Source of the DNA: a virus
Virus record (IMG/VR): IMGVR_UViG_3300045988_146822
Location: 1-51,263 of that record
Direction: 5' to 3' (one strand)
DNA length: 51,263 nt
Within the stretch, counting starts at the first letter, position 1, and the number at the start of each line of letters is the position of its first letter. The notes beneath the pieces are model-generated. The model was not told where the DNA came from. It was given only the letters and a program-made list of their open reading frames with translations, and did not search any database. Made by a program: the position numbers and the translations under genes. Of this stretch, positions 16,793 to 24,850 are shown one piece after another.

Positions 16793-16840
16793 TGGTTTGG
16801 GACCAAGATGCCGCAGGTTCAAGTCCTGTCACCTCGACCA
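16793..16840 (+). repeat. att core copy 1: 48-bp exact copy of the 3' part of tRNA-Pro (anticodon stem to CCA)
   Basis: tggtttgggaccaagatgccgcaggttcaagtcctgtcacctcgacca is identical to 30345..30392. No tRNA 5' half lies upstream of it here. Confidence 0.95.
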
Positions 16841-16842
16841 AA

Positions 16843-16876
16843 AAAGGTGGTTTTTTAACCGCCTTTTATTTTTTGC
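16843..16876 (+). terminator. Intrinsic terminator just after att core copy 1
   Basis: AAAGGTGG-ttttttaa-CCGCCTTT followed by a T-rich run. Confidence 0.6.
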
Positions 16877-16980
16877 CAAAATTACTTAAAATGCCTTAAA
16901 AGTGGCTTAAACACTGGGTTTTTGAGATTTCAAAAATTCAGTTGAGTAATTTTGAATTAAGTTAAAACAAGATAAAATGC

Positions 16981-17009
16981 AGTCAAACTTACTGTCAAAC
17001 TTACTGTCA
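16981..17009 (+). promoter_or_regulatory. Tandem ACTGTCAAACTT repeats: candidate Int2 arm-type sites
   Basis: agtcaaactt actgtcaaactt actgtca. Partner set ACTGTCC/ACTGTCA/ACTGTCA at 30066..30100. Confidence 0.55.
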
Positions 17010-17213
17010 TTTTAGTTTGCCTGCCGATTTTCAAAGGAACAAGATAATATATTTTAAAATTTTATTACACCGTAGCACAAAGATTTTTTACTATTAAAAT
17101 GGCAAGATGTTAAGCAATCAGAACGCTTACCCTTTTGGTAATTATTTATTATTGATTTAACTTAAAGCATTATGTATAATAGTTTTATAACAATAGATTT
17201 ACAGGGAGTAGTA

Positions 17214-19124
17214 ATGAATACAGTAAATGAAATTAAATATTTTATAACACAAAAGGAAGATAATGGTGCTCTTCTATTAACAGGAAAATGGGGCTGTGGA
17301 AAAACTTACTTAGCTAATCAAGTAATCAGCGAGCTTAACCAAGGAAACGATTTTATTGCAGTTTCCATATCATTATTTGGCGTTGATTCAATTGAGTTGC
17401 TACATAAAGAAATTAAAAACAAGGTGTTTTTTAGCAGAGGATTTGAAAAGGCACATAAAAAGGGCAAGAATGTATTTTCTAAAATAAAGAATTTTTCAAA
17501 TAACACAACTGCAATTTTAGGTGAAACTTTTCAAATTGCCAAAAGTATTAACAAGGCTCTTAATATTCGTTGGCAAGATTTTTTTAATGTTGAAAAATAC
17601 ATATACTGTTATAAAACTAATTTTGAAACAACCAATTGCCATAATAAAAACACTGAAAAAGGTAAAAAATTCATCAAAAAAAGATTGGTCTTATTCTTCG
17701 ATGATTTTGAACGCTCTAAACTTGATAGAATTGAGTTAATGGGTGTAATCAATGAATATTCTGAAAACAGAGGAATAAAAGTAATTATTATTGCAGACGA
17801 AGAGAAAATAGCAAGTAATAAAGCTGATAAAAATAATTCCGATACTAACCATCAAATAGATAACACTAACAATACAAACCTCAGTACAACCGATAGCAAT
17901 TTTAACTATTCTGATTTTAAAGAAAAACTTATATCTCGAACATTAAAAATTGAACCCGATTATAAAACTGTAATAGATACTATCCTAAGTTCTTACCAAG
18001 AAATAGTTATAGGCTACAAAGATTTTCTTATAGATAACAAGGATATTATTTATCAGATATATATTGAAAGTGATTCAAATAATTTCCGTTCAGTAAAAGC
18101 CTTTATTATAGATTATGAACGATTACATGAAGCTTGGCAAAATTCAAACATTTCCAGTGAAAATGAACCAAGTATGTTTTACAATTTCGGTGCTATGACA
18201 TTTGGAGTTAAAATGGGTTATTATAAAAAAGGAAAACACGGACTGCTATTATCATCCAGTGACTTAATGCAAAAATTTCTAAAATGGAATAATACATATA
18301 ATTTTAAAGCTTGTCAGGATTGGATTTTAAACAATGTATGGAGTAAAGAAAATTTTATATCTGAAATTAACAAAACATTCAAAGTACAATCATATACAGC
18401 AGATGAAAAATTTATGTATTTTAATCTTTGGGATTTGGAACAAAAGGATATAGAAAACGGTTTACCAAAAGTAATAGAAAATGCTTATAATGGAAAATTA
18501 ACAAGAGATCAACTTATTAATTTATTACAAAAAATTCATTATTTAAAAATATCCTCACTTTCTTTACCTTGCGATGTTGACTATTCAAAAATTGAAAGTG
18601 GTTTTGAAATTAGAAAAAAATGGATACTTGACTTTAAAACAATTGAGCCTAAAAGGCAAACTTTTTCTGAAAAATCTCAAATTGACGAAGAAGCATATTC
18701 TTTGTATGAAAACATTGAAAAATTTGATTCAATGATGTATGCTTTAGAACCTAGAATGGAATTTAAAAAATATCTTGAATCAACTGATAGTAAAAACACC
18801 TACGATTTTAGACACAAGCCCATAGGATGTTTTGATAAAAATCTCATGGAAATGTTTTGTCAAAAATATTTACAATCAAACAATGCTAGTAAAAGAGGAA
18901 TGTGTTTTACTTTTCTCGATATAGATTTTCGTGATAATGAATATTCAGATCATGATGTAAAAGAAACAATAGCGAATCTGAGAGAATTACAAAACAGACT
19001 AAATAACTCTGAACAAAACAAAAAAGACTGCATTACTGCTGCAATCAATAAATCGTTTTATGATAAAATTGATTCTAAAATTTCAGAAATTGAACAGTTT
19101 TATAATTCTATTAAAAACAGCTAA
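17214..19124 (+). CDS. KAP-family P-loop NTPase
   Basis: Walker A in the KAP form G-x-W-G-x-GKT (LLLTGKWGCGKTYL). Walker B is LVLFFDDFERS. AGGGAG RBS before the ATG at 17214. Visibly AT-rich. Confidence 0.7.
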   Translation: MNTVNEIKYFITQKEDNGALLLTGKWGCGKTYLANQVISELNQGNDFIAVSISLFGVDSIELLHKEIKNKVFFSRGFEKAHKKGKNVFSKIKNFSNNTTAILGETFQIAKSINKALNIRWQDFFNVEKYIYCYKTNFETTNCHNKNTEKGKKFIKKRLVLFFDDFERSKLDRIELMGVINEYSENRGIKVIIIADEEKIASNKADKNNSDTNHQIDNTNNTNLSTTDSNFNYSDFKEKLISRTLKIEPDYKTVIDTILSSYQEIVIGYKDFLIDNKDIIYQIYIESDSNNFRSVKAFIIDYERLHEAWQNSNISSENEPSMFYNFGAMTFGVKMGYYKKGKHGLLLSSSDLMQKFLKWNNTYNFKACQDWILNNVWSKENFISEINKTFKVQSYTADEKFMYFNLWDLEQKDIENGLPKVIENAYNGKLTRDQLINLLQKIHYLKISSLSLPCDVDYSKIESGFEIRKKWILDFKTIEPKRQTFSEKSQIDEEAYSLYENIEKFDSMMYALEPRMEFKKYLESTDSKNTYDFRHKPIGCFDKNLMEMFCQKYLQSNNASKRGMCFTFLDIDFRDNEYSDHDVKETIANLRELQNRLNNSEQNKKDCITAAINKSFYDKIDSKISEIEQFYNSIKNS

Positions 19125-19335
19125 TATAAAAAGAGGACTCGGTTTTGGAGCAGTCGAAGCAAGATGTTATTACTGATTTTTTAGTGTTATTTAACATATT
19201 ATATTTACTTTATAGAACAATAATTTGTACAAAATAACATTAAACAACACATAGTAACACTAACCGAAAGAAGAAATTTCGGATAATTTTTAGAAAATTT
19301 TTAGAAAGATTTTAGAGAACGCAACATCTATCAAC

Positions 19336-19449
19336 TTATTGCTTGTACAATAAACCTACACTACATCTTAATACATCAGAAGTGTCTTTATCAATACAGT
19401 AAACACTTCTATGTTCAAGTCTTGCCTTTTTAATATCTCTGATTTTCAT
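19336..19449 (-). CDS. Small ORF (37 aa), hypothetical
   Basis: MKIRDIKKARLEHRSVYCIDKDTSDVLRCSVGLLYKQ. Its ATG overlaps the upstream stop (TAATG). Below the ORF-track cutoff. Confidence 0.3.
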   Translation of the reverse strand: MKIRDIKKARLEHRSVYCIDKDTSDVLRCSVGLLYKQ

Positions 19450-19676
19450 TAGAATACCTCCTTTAAGTCCTGTATAATCTTTCTTCTTAGGGTTGGGGTT
19501 ATTGCTATACCTATCAGGTGAGATTCTACTGTCGTTAAAGAAATTTCTTCATCCTTGATTGCTTTTGATAATACCCTTATGTATTTATTATAGTCAGGGT
19601 GCTTTACCGCTTCCTCGGCTGATAGGTGAAAAATATTCTTCAAACTCTCATCACCTACAAAACTACATATTGTCAT
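19449..19676 (-). CDS. Hypothetical protein (75 aa)
   Basis: ORF from the track, in the IME cargo region. Confidence 0.4.
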   Translation of the reverse strand: MTICSFVGDESLKNIFHLSAEEAVKHPDYNKYIRVLSKAIKDEEISLTTVESHLIGIAITPTLRRKIIQDLKEVF

Positions 19677-19717
19677 CTTAATACCTCTTTTCTATTTTAA
19701 ATATGATTGCTTTTCTA

Positions 19718-19798
19718 TTAAAAAGTGTACCACATATAAATCACAACCAGTAAACCTACTACTACTGAACAGATAAATAGTAGTACTCCAATATCCAT
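19718..19798 (-). CDS. 26-aa hydrophobic peptide ORF
   Basis: MDIGVLLFICSVVVGLLVVIYMWYTF is a single predicted TM helix. GGAAAGG lies 11 nt upstream. Confidence 0.25.
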   Translation of the reverse strand: MDIGVLLFICSVVVGLLVVIYMWYTF

Positions 19799-19894
19799 AT
19801 ACTCTACAACCTTTCCTTTTATTTTATTATATTATACCATATATTATAATTAAATTGAATACTTTCTTTAGTATAATATTTATTTTTAACATAG

Positions 19895-19922
19895 AAAAAG
19901 AGGGTTCATAAAGAACCCTCTC
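19895..19922 (-). terminator. Intrinsic terminator after the sigma-factor gene
   Basis: GAGGGTTC-ataaa-GAACCCTC followed by T5 on the minus strand. Confidence 0.7.
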
Positions 19923-19967
19923 TTCCCAATAATTATTTTAAGGATTTACTCTTGCTATCAAATTTAA

Positions 19968-21608
19968 TCATCTGTACTCATAGTGACCGCCGTCTTTGAC
20001 TTTCTCGTCATAGGCTTCTTTCCAATAGCCGTCTTCTACTGTTTTGGTTCCTGTTTTTACATACTCTTTCTCATAATGATATGCCCCTGCTCCATTTTCT
20101 CTTGCTTCCCAAAGAAGATGTTCTCTTCTCAGGTTAGCATCTGTTAACTTCATACCGCAATTATTACATACATTGTATCCTACCCATCCATATACATCTT
20201 CTTCGTGAGTACCTGTTACAATCCACTCTCTTTCGTGGTGTACTGTTTTATAATCATCTACCCATACCTTCTGCTTTGGCTTTTCTGTAGTTGTTACAGT
20301 ACTTGAAGAAGTGCTTGGCTTAGCTGGCTTCTGATTATTACTTGAAGAGTTGCTTGGCTTCGCTGGCTTCTGATTATTACTTGAAGAGTTGCTTGGCTTA
20401 GCTGGCTTCTTGTCGTTATCAGATGTATTTGTCTTTGAAGAGTTGTCTTTCTTTGAAGATGTATTTGACTTTGTATCTTCTTTCTTTTCGGTGTTACCCT
20501 TGTTGCTGTTGTTTTTGTTAGATACTGTAGTTTTTACATCGTCAACCTTAACTGTAACTGTCTTACCGTCATCGGTTTTTACTTCTACCTTGCCGTCTTT
20601 TACTTCGACTTTCTTACCATTCTTATCAGTGATGTTGCCGTCTTTGTCGACTTTGATTTCACCCTTGTCTACCAAATCTTTAACTGCCTTTGGTACTGTT
20701 ACTGCAGGAACTGTAGTTGCCTGTGCAGTGGTCTGAGCAGAAGTTGTTGCGGTCGGAACTTTGTCACTTTTACAACCTGCAAGAAGACTTGTGCCGACTG
20801 TTGTGCCTGCAAAAAGTAAGGTCATACCGCAAGCCATAGCTATGACTTTTGTCTTAACCGCTGTAACTGCACCTGTCTTAACCGCAGTTGCGGTACTCGT
20901 TTTTACCGCTGTTGAAACACCCTTTGAAGCCGCAGTTACAAGGCTTTCTCCGTTTGGAAGTGTGATTTTTATGCTCGGAACGCAAAGGCTCTTTGCCTGC
21001 TCTCTGAAAATTGTTGTAAAGAACGGCACAAATACAACACCGTGAAGCTTGTCACCGCTTTTGTTTTCGTAATCTTCAATTGCAGTTTTCATCTTTGCCC
21101 TTGAATAATTGAGCCTTGAAAGCACAGTACCCCTTGAACATTCAAAGACTTCTGCGATTTCATCAACAGTCATTTCATTAAAATAGTGCATAATCACTGT
21201 CTGATACTGAACATCGGACAGTACTTCCTGCATAATCGAAAGAATAATTTCTCTCTTTGCCTTGTCTGAAATGTATTCTTCGGGAATTGATATACGCTCG
21301 TCAACTATTGCCTGATTTTCAAAAATTTCATCGTCCAGTTGGATTTCACCTTTACCTTTCAAATAATTTTTGCACTTATTAACGGCAATTCTGTTAAGCC
21401 AACTTCTGATTTGTGATGATTTTTCCAAAGATTGGATTTTTAAAAAAGCCGTTATGTAAGTTTCCTGCATAATGTCCTGTGCGGTTGTTTCGTTCTTTAA
21501 AAAGCTGATACAAGTAAACCACACTTCACGCTCTGTAAGCTTGTAGAGCTTTTCAAATGATTTGTTATCTCCCTTCTTAATTTTTTCTACTAAGTGGGAA
21601 ATGTTCAT
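19968..21608 (-). CDS. ECF-type sigma-70 factor fused to a TM segment and a repeat-rich extracytoplasmic domain
   Basis: Region 2 reads DIMQETYITAF...SWLNRIAVNKCKNYLK. Region 4 reads MTVDEIAEVFECSRGTVLSRLNYSRAKMK. A hydrophobic stretch (VIAMACGMTLLFAGTTVGTSLLAGC) follows, then K/T/S-rich repeats and a C-terminal Cys-containing domain. GAGGAGG RBS at start 21608. Confidence 0.75.
   Translation of the reverse strand: MNISHLVEKIKKGDNKSFEKLYKLTEREVWFTCISFLKNETTAQDIMQETYITAFLKIQSLEKSSQIRSWLNRIAVNKCKNYLKGKGEIQLDDEIFENQAIVDERISIPEEYISDKAKREIILSIMQEVLSDVQYQTVIMHYFNEMTVDEIAEVFECSRGTVLSRLNYSRAKMKTAIEDYENKSGDKLHGVVFVPFFTTIFREQAKSLCVPSIKITLPNGESLVTAASKGVSTAVKTSTATAVKTGAVTAVKTKVIAMACGMTLLFAGTTVGTSLLAGCKSDKVPTATTSAQTTAQATTVPAVTVPKAVKDLVDKGEIKVDKDGNITDKNGKKVEVKDGKVEVKTDDGKTVTVKVDDVKTTVSNKNNSNKGNTEKKEDTKSNTSSKKDNSSKTNTSDNDKKPAKPSNSSSNNQKPAKPSNSSSNNQKPAKPSTSSSTVTTTEKPKQKVWVDDYKTVHHEREWIVTGTHEEDVYGWVGYNVCNNCGMKLTDANLRREHLLWEARENGAGAYHYEKEYVKTGTKTVEDGYWKEAYDEKVKDGGHYEYR
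20313..20411. repeat. 39-bp tandem repeat, about 2.5 copies, inside the sigma-fusion gene
   Basis: gcttggcttagctggcttctgattattacttgaagagtt repeated. It encodes NSSSNNQKPAKPS units. Confidence 0.85.
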
Positions 21609-22018
21609 AAAATAACCTCCTCTCATTTCCTTTCATAATATAGACAATTTAAAACGGCTTTTGATTTTATAAAATCGAAAAATTTTTCAAATTTTTTCAA
21701 AAAAGCAAATATTTTTCGCATAAAACAAAAAGTGCGTAGCTGAAGCTACGCACGAAAAATACATAGCTTTGATTGTTGCGACACAATATTTCACTTATAA
21801 GGTGTGAAAAGTAAAGCCTGTATTTTTACCGAAATAAAAATACACACTTAGGTGAACTTAAAATTAAATTTTTGTTTGGCATTTTTATTTTAGCATACAA
21901 TATGTGAAAATTCAATATTTTTGTAAAATAACTTTCAAAAATTATATGAATGAAACTGTAAAATTTGAAGTAATTTCAATTTTAGGGGGAACAACTTTTC
22001 AGCTGTTCCCCTTTTTTG

Positions 22019-22507
22019 TCAACTGTGTAATGTTGGAGTTTTGTTTTCGCTTTGATTATACTTTTCAGAACCGAACATATCACGGATTTCATCAAGCGTT
22101 AATTCTCGTTTGCTTTTCTTGCGGTACGGCTCTGTGTGGTAATACCAAGCCTGTTTTTTGTGAGCGTATCGGAATTTTAATTCTTTCAACACTTCTTTGT
22201 GTGCTTTGGTGTTTCCCGATACCCACAACCAAGTACCGCAAATTTCAACCTCAATGTCCGAAAGACTTGTAAGCACATTGATTATATTTATAAATTCCTG
22301 CGGTGTTTCCGATGTTTCTTTGGTGTAGGTTTCACCCTCTGAATTTGTATGTATATTTTTCAGGCGTTCCCACAAAATCTCATATTCGTTTTGCATTACC
22401 TTAAATTCTTCTGTATCACCGCCTAAATCGGGGTGAAGCTGTTTAGCTAATCTTCTGTATTCCTTTTTGAGGTCTTCTGCTGTGTTACAGTTTGTAAAGT
22501 ATTTCAT
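22019..22507 (-). CDS. J-domain (DnaJ-like) protein
   Basis: LKKEYRRLAKQLHPDLGGD carries the HPD motif. Start at 22507 with AAAGGAGAA upstream. 162 aa. Confidence 0.75.
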   Translation of the reverse strand: MKYFTNCNTAEDLKKEYRRLAKQLHPDLGGDTEEFKVMQNEYEILWERLKNIHTNSEGETYTKETSETPQEFINIINVLTSLSDIEVEICGTWLWVSGNTKAHKEVLKELKFRYAHKKQAWYYHTEPYRKKSKRELTLDEIRDMFGSEKYNQSENKTPTLHS

Positions 22508-22559
22508 AATGGTTTCTCCTTTGAAAGTTAATTTCAATTAAACTTTATATTCGGTAATT

Positions 22560-22940
22560 CTGAATTGGTGGGCTTTTAATAAGTCCGATTTAGATATTCA
22601 CGCTGTATTTTTCACTCCTTTCTGATTTTTTATATTCGTTTAAATCGTCATCGTATGGGCTTTATGAGCATTAAAAGCGTAGCGAAATTTCATAAGTCAA
22701 GAAGCAAGTTTACGATACGCCGTAGGGCAATTCTTTACTTATAAAATAAGCGTAGCAAAATGTGAAATTAAAGCCTACGGTGACGATTTGAATATAGAAA
22801 ACAGTTAAGGCTTGTGAGCATGAATATCGGCAAAAATCGGACAAAAAAATAACGCTATGGCTTTAACCATAGCGAACCTTATAAAAATAAACCGCAGAAA
22901 ATATAAAATTCCCTGCGGTTTCGTTATGATTAGTTACAAA
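22560..22940. other. Highly structured noncoding region (candidate single-strand origin or ncRNA)
   Basis: Long-range imperfect inverted repeat 22641..22663 / 22770..22789. Direct repeat AAGCGTAGC(G/A)AAAT at about 22675 and about 22748. Perfect hairpin CGCTATGG-ctttaa-CCATAGCG (22852..22873). Hairpin AACCGCAG...CTGCGGTT (22890..22920). The last two are followed by T runs on the minus strand. Confidence 0.4.
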
Positions 22941-22991
22941 TATCCCAAAATTCGCAACTCCATGTGTTTTTATATAATCAAGAACTTCAAA
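22941..22991 (+). repeat. 51-bp exact repeat, copy 1, promoter-like (TTCGCA-16-TATAAT)
   Basis: tatcccaaaattcgcaactccatgtgtttttatataatcaagaacttcaaa is identical to 25693..25743. It lies 41 nt upstream of the ATG at 23033. Confidence 0.9.
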
Positions 22992-23032
22992 GATTGCTTT
23001 AGAGGTTCAAAAAATATGAAGGAGGATTTTTT

Positions 23033-23788
23033 ATGAATAAAAAATCTTTTAGGGTGGTACTGCTCACCTATTTTGCAGTAGCTTTTTTCGTAATTATGGC
23101 TTTCGGCTCTGAATATCTTTCAGAGTGCAACAAACTCGGAATACCGTTTTCTTTGTCAGGAGCAGTAAGTTATTTGCTGACAGGGTTTATCTGCCTAATT
23201 GCAATGACTGTTTTGGTTGTGGTTTTCTTGTTGGTATTGGAATTGAGCGACAGAAAATCTATCAAATCCGCTCTTCGCTTAACAGCTAATTTTGCTTCAA
23301 ACAAAGCAAGAATGAAAGTTGTAAACAGCGTTTATCCGAGCTTACTTTACTTTTTGTATGATGTATTACAGAGCAACAACGAGTTTTTAAAACTTCCGCT
23401 TGGTAAAGATTGCAGTTCTCTCTTAAAAGAGGGGTACAATCCACTATGTGTTGACAACTGTATTTTTTACACCTTTCAGATTATTATGCCAAAAAAATCA
23501 TATGACTTTGATGAAGATACATTAAAGCAAATTATCCAATCGTATATTGAAGCTCAATTGCTTAATTACGGCATGGTTAATTTACCCTCATACTACAACA
23601 GCAAATCCTACGGTATGATACCGAGCGTATATATTGAAAAGGTTGTATATAACGAGGAACAGCATTTACTAAAATTTGCCGTGATGTATATTAGCTGTGA
23701 AGATGATGTAAGGCATTATATCAAATCCAAAAAGAGAGATGAACAGCTGAATATAACAACAGATAAGGTGTATGACGATGAGGTTTGA
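23033..23788 (+). CDS. Membrane protein, hypothetical
   Basis: Two N-terminal hydrophobic helices. GAAGGAGG RBS. 251 aa. Confidence 0.6.
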   Translation: MNKKSFRVVLLTYFAVAFFVIMAFGSEYLSECNKLGIPFSLSGAVSYLLTGFICLIAMTVLVVVFLLVLELSDRKSIKSALRLTANFASNKARMKVVNSVYPSLLYFLYDVLQSNNEFLKLPLGKDCSSLLKEGYNPLCVDNCIFYTFQIIMPKKSYDFDEDTLKQIIQSYIEAQLLNYGMVNLPSYYNSKSYGMIPSVYIEKVVYNEEQHLLKFAVMYISCEDDVRHYIKSKKRDEQLNITTDKVYDDEV

Positions 23789-24500
23789 TAGCAGTAAATT
23801 AACTGTCGGTGTAGATTTATCTATTCTTTCACAGGGTGTAAAAGTGCCTGTTACGGTGGACTTTTCCTCTGTACCTCATATGCTGATAGTAGCACCAAGC
23901 GGAAGCGGTAAAACTTATCTTCTAACATACATATTAGGTCAAATAGCAAAGAAGTCTGTCAAATTGATTTTGGCAGACTTTAAAGGCATTGACTTTATTG
24001 AGTTTAATGACTGTCGGAATTACTATAAGCATAATTCTGTCGGTGAAGCTGTTGACTGTGTTTTTGATGAATTACAAAACAGAATGGCAAATGCAAGTGT
24101 AAATTCAGAATATGAACCGATTTATTTATGTATTGATGAGTGGTCAGGTTTCCTCAGTTCTTTAGCCGTAAAGAAAGAGCAGGATCACTACAAGCAAAAA
24201 CTTGCCAACATTCTTATGTTAGGTCGAGGTGCAAATATTTTTATCATTATGTCACTACAAAGAGCCGATTCAACATATATTACAGGACGAGATAACTTTG
24301 GCAATGTGGTAGGTCTTGGTACGCTCAGCAAAGAGAGTATAGCAATGGTATTTAATGATAATAAGGAGATGATAGAACCAAAATCAAGGGGCAAAGGATA
24401 TCTGCAAACTGACGGAAAGCCTTTGAGAGAAATAGTTGTGCCTATGTTACGAAACATAAACGATACAAAAGCCGTTATAAAAACAGCTTTATCCCGATAA
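23772..24500 (+). CDS. FtsK/SpoIIIE-family DNA translocase-like ATPase (coupling-protein type)
   Basis: Walker A is VAPSGSGKTYL and Walker B is IYLCIDEWSG. 242 aa. Confidence 0.7.
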   Translation: MTMRFDSSKLTVGVDLSILSQGVKVPVTVDFSSVPHMLIVAPSGSGKTYLLTYILGQIAKKSVKLILADFKGIDFIEFNDCRNYYKHNSVGEAVDCVFDELQNRMANASVNSEYEPIYLCIDEWSGFLSSLAVKKEQDHYKQKLANILMLGRGANIFIIMSLQRADSTYITGRDNFGNVVGLGTLSKESIAMVFNDNKEMIEPKSRGKGYLQTDGKPLREIVVPMLRNINDTKAVIKTALSR

Positions 24501-24536
24501 TTATTTGTACAGCAAATTGAATATTTATGCACAAGA

Positions 24537-24571
24537 ATAGCTCAATCATTACTCTGATTGGGCTATTTTTT
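24537..24571 (+). terminator. Intrinsic terminator after the FtsK-like gene
   Basis: AATAGCTCAATC...GATTGGGCTATT followed by T6. Confidence 0.65.
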
Positions 24572-24850
24572 ATGCTTTAAAATAAATTGTCGTTGCTTGT
24601 GGTTTATGGCAATGTTTTATGGTCGATAAAATAGCGTTTTTTACTATTAGCCAAAATTGCACTATACCCTATAACACATTTCTTTGTACCCTAACACTTT
24701 CAAAATCTAAAACCATACCTTTTTTGTCGTGGTTGATACATCTGAACCTTGGTTGAGTATCAATTCTTCCCTGCGTTTCTAACATAAGCACTTATAGAGT
24801 GTGTCCTGCACTCTGTGTAAATTTATGGCACAAGAAAGTTGTCAATAATT

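Noticed and set aside
16793-16840. A second tRNA gene at the left junction
   Set aside because: Only the 3' 48 nt, from the anticodon stem to CCA, are present. The upstream sequence cannot form the acceptor or D arms. It is an att core copy, not a gene.
21904-22272. 122-aa plus-strand ORF
   Set aside because: It overlaps the J-domain gene antisense. The J-domain reading frame has the HPD motif and a strong RBS.
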